Positions 27,807 through 34,925 of a stretch of DNA of 34,925 nt are shown piece after piece. The first letter of the stretch is position 1. Each line of letters begins with the position of its first letter. A model generated the notes under the pieces. That model was not told where the DNA came from. It saw only the letters and a program-made list of their open reading frames with translations, and ran no database searches. The translations under genes were made by a program, and so were the position numbers. Origin of the DNA: Candidatus Woesearchaeota archaeon (GTDB lineage: Archaea; Nanobdellota; Nanobdellia; Woesearchaeales; CG1-02-33-12); assembly GCA_018399355.1 (NCBI GenBank), contig JAGYOA010000004.1, positions 1 through 34,925 on the forward strand. The letters are read 5' to 3'.

Positions 27807-28106
27807 ATGATAGTGAAAAAGCATGTTGTTGAAGGAGGAAGACTTATTCTTTGTGTTTGTGATGAAGACATAATTGGAAGAAAATTTCATACAGATGATT
27901 TCAAGCTTGATTTAAGCTCTGATTTCTACAAAGGTGAGAAAAAAACAGAGCAGGAAACAATAAACTTAATTGAGGCAGCTTATATGGTAAATCTTGTGGG
28001 AAATAAATCAGTTGATCTTGCATTAACATTAAACATAATATCAAAACAGGATATAATCAAAATAGATAATATTCCTTATGTCCAGGCAGTAAGCATGGAA
28101 AATTAA
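27807..28106 (+). CDS. DUF424 family protein
   Basis: CVCDEDIIG, FYKGE, NLVGNKSV and IPYVQ. Confidence 0.85.
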   Translation: MIVKKHVVEGGRLILCVCDEDIIGRKFHTDDFKLDLSSDFYKGEKKTEQETINLIEAAYMVNLVGNKSVDLALTLNIISKQDIIKIDNIPYVQAVSMEN

Positions 28107-28109
28107 ATT

Positions 28110-28415
28110 TTAAATAATTAATGTTCTTATTATTAAATATATGATTATTCCTCCAATTAATTCAGTTACTGGATGGATTATTGATATTTTTTTATTGCAA
28201 CACCTAGTTCTGCCTTTTAAAATTATATAATTTATAATTGGAAGATTTTTATGCCAAAAGGATATTTCTTTTCCACAATTTTCACAATAGCATTTAAATA
28301 AACTCCCAATTTTATGGTTCTTAAATAGTCTATAGGCTAAAGTGTTGATTGAACCCATCATAATAATACATAAACACAATAAAATTAAATTGGAAATTAT
28401 TGTTTTTATAACCAT
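28110..28415 (-). CDS. Stand-alone prepilin peptidase (PilD) N-terminal Cys-rich domain
   Basis: GS-INTLAYRL...CENCGKEI...NLPIINYIILKGRTRCCNKKIS..HPVTEL matches the bacterial peptidase A24 N-domain; there is no protease domain. Confidence 0.72.
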   Translation of the reverse strand: MVIKTIISNLILLCLCIIMMGSINTLAYRLFKNHKIGSLFKCYCENCGKEISFWHKNLPIINYIILKGRTRCCNKKISIIHPVTELIGGIIIYLIIRTLII

Positions 28416-28452
28416 TTTGTTTAATTTTTTCTGTGGCTAATAAACATTGAAA

Positions 28453-31400
28453 TTAACCAAACCACTTGCCTAATCCTTCCTGCTTTTCTTTTTCCTTGCC
28501 AAAAACATCATCAACCCTTCTTTGGGTTAATTCTAATGTTTGTTTTAAATAAACAGGAACATCATACTTATTGGCAAGGCTTATGCTTGGCTTTAAATAC
28601 TTGATAATTGATCCTTCAGATATTGTAAATATTATTTTTCCGCCGCACTTATCACACTTTCCCATTAGAGGGGGCCTTCTGAACTTTTTGTTGCACTTAA
28701 CACACCTAAATTGCTGCATTGAAAATTTTCTTAGGTTTCCTTTTATATCTTTTATAAAATGTTTGTCAATAACCATTGTAGCAACTTCTGTCTGGTTGAC
28801 TGCCCTTATTTTTTCAGCAAGTTCCATCTGGCCTTTTAATTTGTCTTCCATAGATGGAATCTCTTTGTATGAAGAGCATAATATTCCTGAGTTCATATTT
28901 TCAACAGGATGTGTAAACCCCATTTTTTCGTATTGTTTTTCTGTTCCTAATCTGGTGTTTATTTGTTCTATTTTAACATCATAAGGGGTTTTATATTGCA
29001 TGCATGCCTCATAAAACTCGAGAGGATATTTCCATGCAACATCTAGGTCAAAAAACATGTCATCAACTTCTGCAGGAATAACCTTTGATGTGATAACAAG
29101 GCATGCATCCTGTGTTGAACCGCGGTGTGCAGGAAGAAACTGCCTTGAAAAATTAAGGAGAGCATCCATTAAAAGCATAACACTTGCTTCATCACCATCA
29201 CAATCTCTTCTCGTTGCTGCATGAATCATTGGATGTGCATAGAATCCCTGTGTTTTTGAAAATCCTAAAATCCTGCAGACTGTTCCTGCAGATGTATGGG
29301 GAGCAAGGGCAACAACAAGCTGGCCGGCAAGCTCATCAGGAGATTTTATTTTATAGTAAGGATTTAATTGATAAATCTTGGAAAGAAGGTCATCAATAAA
29401 ATTAGCAACATTAAACAAAACTATATCGGCGCCAAGCTCACTTGAGTTAGGGCAAGAGGGAAGTATAATATCCTGGGGCATTATTTCAATAACCTGGTTT
29501 TCATCAATTATTTCCTTGCCATAAATATCTTTTACATATCCCAATTGTTTTAATTTTTCTATTGATGTCCTTATTTCTTTTGGTTTAAAATGAGTTATAG
29601 GAAGCTGTGTCATATCATATCTTGTAGTTCCGTCTTTGTTGACATAAATATCATGCTCTGCCCTTAATATTCCTTTTATTAAATGCTCAGGAATGTGATC
29701 TTTGTTGGAAGTTCCCCTAACTCCTTTTATTAAGTCAGGACATGTCTTAATCTTTAATTTTTTCATAGAATAATCAAAATATCTCTTAATATCAACGCTT
29801 TGTATTTTGTATGGTTTTGCTTCCCCATGTTCACATTTTTCTTTTTCGATATCCCCACAAATGTTGCAATAATACATTTTTTTTGTTTTCGAACCACATT
29901 TTTCACATACTGAAAAAATAGTTTTATTATCACATTTAGGGCATTTATACAAAGGGAGCTCTGCTGTTATCTTTCCATTTTCAATTGCTGCCTGAAAACA
30001 TCTTAAACGATCCCCTTCATCACCAACAGGAAACAATACATGTGGGCTTCCTGTAAGCTTTCTCATTTTTGCTTTTTCAGGCCTTCCCATCCTTGCACCA
30101 ATAAATATCCCTGCCTTGTCCATTACTTTTATACTGGAAATTAAATTTATTATATCAAGAACATTCTTATCCTTGTTTTCTTGAACTATTTTTTTTGTTT
30201 TTTCAATATCCTGTTTCTCATTTATATTTAAATTTGAAAGCAATGCAACTGCATCATTTCCCTCAATAACTACAAACTCATTTGTTGCAACGTTGTGCTG
30301 CACCCCAAGATTTTCAAGTATTTTTTTTGGCTCTTTTCTTAATGGAAGCACTAATTTTAATTTTTCTTCTGTTATTATCTTCATTTCATCAATCCAATTT
30401 AAAAAAACAATAAATTCATCAAAAGAAATTGTCTTCCAGTAAAAGGTATAGCTTGGATGTAGGGGTATCTTTAATTCTTCTGAAATTTTTATTGACAAAT
30501 TTGCACCTGGCTTTATATAAAAATAATTTTTTATTATGCTGTTAATTTTTTCTTCATCTATTTCTAATAAGTTTGATAGCTTTGTTGTGTCTAAGCTTCC
30601 AAATGTGTCAACAACAGCCTTTTCAAGATCCTGCACCCACCATTCTTCACAATATCCAGCAGGAGCAAGAATATGGCCTCTGTTAAAAAAGTCGCCGTAA
30701 TTAAAAAGGATATCCCCAAGAAAAATTATTTCCTTTATTTCATCAACATATTTTTTAGCTTCTTTTTCAGAATCAATTCTTATAACTCTTCCATCTTTAA
30801 GCTTTACTGTTGGGCCCTCTATTGAATTGCATGGGTTAACTGTTGTTGCTTTTCCCGGTCTTTCAATCTTTAGCTGCGTTCCTGTTGCTATATAGCCGTT
30901 TAAGACTACCATTGTTGCAGGATTGATGTTTGATGATGAATATCCTGATGTTCTTGAGCGGCCGTATCTCAATCTAAATCCTCCTGTTCTCATTGGAAAT
31001 GCAAGAATTGGCCTTCCTGCAACTAAATCCTGTATAAAGGTATAGTTAGGAGATATTTTTTCATTTTCCTTATTTACCTTGCCCCTTGCCTTCATCTTTT
31101 TTTGAATTTCTAAAAACTCCTCAAGAAAATCCCAGTGCTCAAGCTGAAAATCATGGCCCCATTTTGAAAGCCTGTTCCATAATTTTGCTGCTTTTTGGGA
31201 CAGGCATTCTGCTACAACAAGACAGAAACCCCCTCTTATTCTGTTTGTGGGTATTCTTTCAATATCTTTAAAGTTTGATACTTCAATACTTTCAGTAGGG
31301 TCGCCGTCAATCTGAACTGGAAGTTTTTTCAATAAAAATTCAAGTTCTTTTTCGCTGGGAAGATATTGTAAGTTAGTTGCTCTTTCATGATAATCAAATG

Positions 31401-31998
31401 TTTCCCTTATCATCCTATTTATTTCTATTTCTGTAGGGTCATAAGTGGAATAACCCATTTTTTTTCTTACATAATCTGCAATCAAAACAGAAACAGAGCC
31501 TCCTGTTCCCCCTGCGCTTCTTATAGGTCCTGAGTATTTTATTGCAAAGTATTCCTTATTATCCTGTTTTCTTGTTCTTATCTCAATTCCAACAAAGCCT
31601 TCTAAAGGAGATGCAACTGTACCCATTGTTATATATGCAAATCCCACCCTTATTCCTACTTCTATTGCTTGTTTTTTATTTTCAAATTTACAGAATTTTT
31701 CCTGCGCAATCTCAAGTGCTATTGTCAATGCAACTCTCCATTCCTGAGAACCATATTTTTTTTCAAGCTCAATTATTCTTTCTGATATTCCTGAATTTAT
31801 TATTTGGGGGGCAACTGTTGAAACAAGGCCTTCAACACGTTCGGCCATGTTTTTTGCAAGAGGTATGCTGACTTCATCTTCTGGGTCATATCCTTTTTTT
31901 CTTGCTTTTCCTGCAATTTCATAGGCCTTTTTAACTTCAACATCTATTTTATTGATGTAATCTCGGATTTCAGAGCTTGTTTTAATATCTTCTACCAT
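28453..31998 (-). CDS. polC: DNA polymerase D large subunit DP2
   Basis: GPIRSAGGT, GGFRLRYGRSR, IGARMGRPEKA, catalytic RRDCDGDE and C-terminal zinc fingers. The ATG at 31998 is preferred to the TTG at 32010. Confidence 0.97.
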   Translation of the reverse strand: MVEDIKTSSEIRDYINKIDVEVKKAYEIAGKARKKGYDPEDEVSIPLAKNMAERVEGLVSTVAPQIINSGISERIIELEKKYGSQEWRVALTIALEIAQEKFCKFENKKQAIEVGIRVGFAYITMGTVASPLEGFVGIEIRTRKQDNKEYFAIKYSGPIRSAGGTGGSVSVLIADYVRKKMGYSTYDPTEIEINRMIRETFDYHERATNLQYLPSEKELEFLLKKLPVQIDGDPTESIEVSNFKDIERIPTNRIRGGFCLVVAECLSQKAAKLWNRLSKWGHDFQLEHWDFLEEFLEIQKKMKARGKVNKENEKISPNYTFIQDLVAGRPILAFPMRTGGFRLRYGRSRTSGYSSSNINPATMVVLNGYIATGTQLKIERPGKATTVNPCNSIEGPTVKLKDGRVIRIDSEKEAKKYVDEIKEIIFLGDILFNYGDFFNRGHILAPAGYCEEWWVQDLEKAVVDTFGSLDTTKLSNLLEIDEEKINSIIKNYFYIKPGANLSIKISEELKIPLHPSYTFYWKTISFDEFIVFLNWIDEMKIITEEKLKLVLPLRKEPKKILENLGVQHNVATNEFVVIEGNDAVALLSNLNINEKQDIEKTKKIVQENKDKNVLDIINLISSIKVMDKAGIFIGARMGRPEKAKMRKLTGSPHVLFPVGDEGDRLRCFQAAIENGKITAELPLYKCPKCDNKTIFSVCEKCGSKTKKMYYCNICGDIEKEKCEHGEAKPYKIQSVDIKRYFDYSMKKLKIKTCPDLIKGVRGTSNKDHIPEHLIKGILRAEHDIYVNKDGTTRYDMTQLPITHFKPKEIRTSIEKLKQLGYVKDIYGKEIIDENQVIEIMPQDIILPSCPNSSELGADIVLFNVANFIDDLLSKIYQLNPYYKIKSPDELAGQLVVALAPHTSAGTVCRILGFSKTQGFYAHPMIHAATRRDCDGDEASVMLLMDALLNFSRQFLPAHRGSTQDACLVITSKVIPAEVDDMFFDLDVAWKYPLEFYEACMQYKTPYDVKIEQINTRLGTEKQYEKMGFTHPVENMNSGILCSSYKEIPSMEDKLKGQMELAEKIRAVNQTEVATMVIDKHFIKDIKGNLRKFSMQQFRCVKCNKKFRRPPLMGKCDKCGGKIIFTISEGSIIKYLKPSISLANKYDVPVYLKQTLELTQRRVDDVFGKEKEKQEGLGKWFG

Positions 31999-31999
31999 T

Positions 32000-33592
32000 T
32001 TAATTTCCAAATTTTAATATTTTTACATCTCTTGTTTGTAAATTAATTATAGGAACTCTTGATGGTTCAGGGTGATGTCCTACTTTTTCCTGAAAAGATG
32101 TTTTGCTTTGCCAGCATGAGCCGCAAATCATTGTAACATTTTTATAGTTTGCAACTGATGTTTTATGTATATGACCAGTAAGAAAAAAATCAGGCACTTT
32201 GTTTATAACCAAAGGGTCTATCTTAACATCAGGTATATAGAGCGTTGATGTATGTGTAGGGGCCAAATGCCTTTTTTGCAATAAAAATTTCATCATTAAA
32301 TCAGCCCTGTCATAACCTCCATTGTTTCTTATAGATTCCACATTTGCCATATAATAATCAAAAGAATATCCATGATAAAGCAATACATCAAAACCAGGAA
32401 AATCATTTGTTGCTCCTATATTAACAACAGAGGGGTTTGAAACCAGGATTGTATTTGGAAGGTCCCATATTGGCTTTGCAAAATCCTTGTATAAAACAGG
32501 CTGGGGCTCTGCAATGCGCATAGCATCATGGTTTCCAGGGCATATTATTATTTTTATATTTTCAGGTATTTTTTTTAAAAATTCAGCACATCCTTTGTAT
32601 TGTTCATATATATCTTTTACAACAAGCTCTGTTTCCTGGCCTGGATAAATCCCAACACCATCAACAAGGTCTCCTATAATAAATATATATTTCACGTTTT
32701 TTGCAATATTTCTTTGTTTTTCATTTCCTGTTTTTTGGTTAATCCATTCAATAAACTTGTTGAAATCTTGTTCAAGAAAGTTATTTGAGCCGTAATGAAT
32801 GTCAGAAAGGCATATTGCATATCCTTCATAAGGTGCTTTTTTTAATTCTTTATTTAGTGGGATGTCTGGAAAGATTAAATTGTTTGTAAAAACAATGTTT
32901 TGGCCGCTTACCCCAACTATACCTATAACTTCATCATGAACAATATCTTTTGCAGGGTTATAAATCTCAGACTTGTTTTTGTTTATCAAAACATTAACAG
33001 AACCTGTCTGATCTTCCAGAGTAATTAATAAATTATTATTTTTTGTGTATTTTTTTTCCATCACTGTTCCAATCAAAGAAATGTTTTCCTTTTCTTTTTT
33101 GTTTTTAATCCTGCTTATAGACATCAGGTTTTGAAATTCCTGTCTGTTTTTTAATATATCCTCTATAGATTTATATCTTGCATTAAACAATGAAACAAAG
33201 TCTTGAACATCCCTTTTTTTTGATTCTTCTTTATATGAAAATATAATTTTTACATCAGAAAAATCTGGTTTTTCTTTTTGTTTTTCATTTTCAGTGGAAA
33301 TATCAAGAAATTTTTCATATAAACTGTTGTTTCTCTGTTTTTCAGACAAAACTTTTAACCTTTCAAACTCCACCCAATTGGTTTCCTTATTATTTTTATT
33401 ATTTAATATTTTATAAGAATCATTGTTTAAAAAAAGAAAATCATCATTAATTTTATCTTCAGAGATAAGTTTTATTAATTCTTCTTTGTTTGTATTTTCT
33501 TTTATTTTATCAATAAAACCAGGACTTACTAAGATGTTTTTTCTTAAAAAGAAATCTACTATCTCCTCTTGTTTATTAAAATTATTTTCCAT
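32000..33592 (-). CDS. polB: DNA polymerase D small subunit DP1 (proofreading exonuclease)
   Basis: OB domain (LEDQTG) and phosphoesterase motifs SDIHYGS, GDLVDG, PGNHDA, YHG, RHLAP and GHIH. Confidence 0.96.
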   Translation of the reverse strand: MENNFNKQEEIVDFFLRKNILVSPGFIDKIKENTNKEELIKLISEDKINDDFLFLNNDSYKILNNKNNKETNWVEFERLKVLSEKQRNNSLYEKFLDISTENEKQKEKPDFSDVKIIFSYKEESKKRDVQDFVSLFNARYKSIEDILKNRQEFQNLMSISRIKNKKEKENISLIGTVMEKKYTKNNNLLITLEDQTGSVNVLINKNKSEIYNPAKDIVHDEVIGIVGVSGQNIVFTNNLIFPDIPLNKELKKAPYEGYAICLSDIHYGSNNFLEQDFNKFIEWINQKTGNEKQRNIAKNVKYIFIIGDLVDGVGIYPGQETELVVKDIYEQYKGCAEFLKKIPENIKIIICPGNHDAMRIAEPQPVLYKDFAKPIWDLPNTILVSNPSVVNIGATNDFPGFDVLLYHGYSFDYYMANVESIRNNGGYDRADLMMKFLLQKRHLAPTHTSTLYIPDVKIDPLVINKVPDFFLTGHIHKTSVANYKNVTMICGSCWQSKTSFQEKVGHHPEPSRVPIINLQTRDVKILKFGN

Positions 33593-33624
33593 TTTTTAGG
33601 TAAGAAGAGCTTATCTTGATTAAT

Positions 33625-34836
33625 TCAAGTTAATCCTAACCCTTCCTCTAAGATCTTCTTTATTTTGGATTCAGATGCAGACCTTATTGCAAGGGATATT
33701 TCCCTTGTTCTTCCGTAACGGCCCTTTGATATAACCTTTGCATTTATTATTCCAAGCATATCAAGTTCAGCTATTATATCAGAAACTCTTCTTTGGGTTA
33801 ATGGTCTTAATCCTGCCCTAAAGCATGTTCCCTTATAAACTTCATAGGCTTTTCCAGTAAATATTATATTGTTTTTTTTGGTATAAAGTGATAATATTGA
33901 ATGAAGCACTGCCTGAAATTGTTTTGGTTGTGTTGTTATTATATCCATGATACGGTCTCTTTCAATCTTGTCTTCAGCATCATCTATGTGTTTTATTTTA
34001 ACCTGTGTATATCCATTTCTCTCTGCGAGTTCACCTGCAACCCTTAAAAGCTCTAATGCACGCCTTGCATCTCCATGCTCACGGGCAGCATAAGCAGAAC
34101 ATTTTTCAATCACACCTGGCTCAATAACTTGTTCATTAAAGGCCTCTTTTGCCCTTTGATTTAATATATCCTGTATTTGAAGGGCATTATAAGGGGGAAA
34201 CAATATCTCTTCCTCTGATAAAGATGATTTAATCCTTGGATCAAGATTATCAACAAAAATCAAGTCATTTGATATTCCTATTATAGATATTTGGGATTTT
34301 TCAAGCTCTGCATTTATTCTTGTTAAATTATAAAGCAGCTCATCACCAACTTTCTTAACAAGCTGGTCTATTTCATCTAAAACAATTATTAAAAGTTGTT
34401 TTTCACTGTCAATTGTATTGAAAAATATTTTGTATACTTCATCAGTTGGAAGGCCTGTAGGAGGTATTTCTTTGCCAAACTCCCTTACAAGCTGGGCCAT
34501 TAGCCTGTATTCTGTATCAGCAACCTTTCTAAGCTTGCAATTAATATAAATAAGCTTTAAAGGTATTTTTTCTTTTTTTGCTATTTCTGACATCTGCTGT
34601 ATAGTATATTTAATGGAAAGTGTTTTTCCAACCCCTGTTTTGCCGTAAACAAACAAGTTTGATGGCTTTTCAAGCCTTAATGAAGGTCCTAATATGCTTG
34701 CTATCTGCTGTATTTGGTCATTTCTATGCAAAATAAGCTCAGGAAAGTAGGTTGAAAGGAATATCTGCTTGCTTTTAAACAAGGATTCCTTACTTAAGAA
34801 TTTTTCAAAAAAACTACCTAACCCCTTTTGTACCAT
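33625..34836 (-). CDS. cdc6: Orc1/Cdc6 replication initiator
   Basis: Walker A GKTGVGKT, YINC, Walker B LDEID, GDARRAL and wHTH GRYGRT. Confidence 0.96.
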   Translation of the reverse strand: MVQKGLGSFFEKFLSKESLFKSKQIFLSTYFPELILHRNDQIQQIASILGPSLRLEKPSNLFVYGKTGVGKTLSIKYTIQQMSEIAKKEKIPLKLIYINCKLRKVADTEYRLMAQLVREFGKEIPPTGLPTDEVYKIFFNTIDSEKQLLIIVLDEIDQLVKKVGDELLYNLTRINAELEKSQISIIGISNDLIFVDNLDPRIKSSLSEEEILFPPYNALQIQDILNQRAKEAFNEQVIEPGVIEKCSAYAAREHGDARRALELLRVAGELAERNGYTQVKIKHIDDAEDKIERDRIMDIITTQPKQFQAVLHSILSLYTKKNNIIFTGKAYEVYKGTCFRAGLRPLTQRRVSDIIAELDMLGIINAKVISKGRYGRTREISLAIRSASESKIKKILEEGLGLT

Positions 34837-34842
34837 TTTTTA

Positions 34843-34921
34843 CTCCATATGAAAATAAGGTTTAGTATTTCATATAAAAAACTTGTTATTTTAGCCACCC
34901 ACCCCTTGATTTCAGATGAAA
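34843..34921. other. ORB-like elements upstream of cdc6 (probable start of oriC, cut by the window end)
   Basis: Minus strand TTTCATCTGAAATCAAGGGGT (34901..34921) and plus strand CTCCATATGAAAATAAGG (34843..34860) flank an AT-rich spacer. Confidence 0.65.
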
Positions 34922-34925
34922 GCTG

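Noticed and set aside
396..32788. Many short antisense or alternate-frame ORFs in the ORF track (e.g. 396..683, 6810..7151, 12498..13148, 22975..23388, 28571..28984)
   Set aside because: They lie within well-supported genes and have no recognisable motifs, so they are treated as shadow ORFs.
23759..34836. Inteins in MCM, PolD or Cdc6
   Set aside because: Protein lengths are normal and the conserved motifs are uninterrupted.

Overview
AT-rich archaeal chromosome segment. The gene set and protein styles suggest a DPANN (Woesearchaeota-like) archaeon, which is an inference. The right third is a replication and information-processing block: orc1/cdc6, PolD small and large subunits, MCM, an RPA2-like protein, aIF2-beta and DUF424. 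It carries two clusters of ORB-like motifs about 11 kb apart, one upstream of mcm and one upstream of cdc6. The middle holds seven co-oriented genes with class III (pilin-like) signal peptides. These include a ~1400-aa Cys-rich surface protein and two tiny paralogs whose heads have beta-defensin-like Cys spacing. Also present are a trimeric group A [FeFe]-hydrogenase operon with a reduced HydB, RNase P proteins Rpp21 and Rpp30, a TtuA/NcsA-type thiolase, a degenerate ThiI, a PlsC-like acyltransferase, a stand-alone Dph2 domain 1, a stand-alone PilD N-terminal domain, a secreted transglutaminase-like protein and two apparently structured 5' leaders. I saw no rRNA, tRNA, CRISPR array, transposase or intein.
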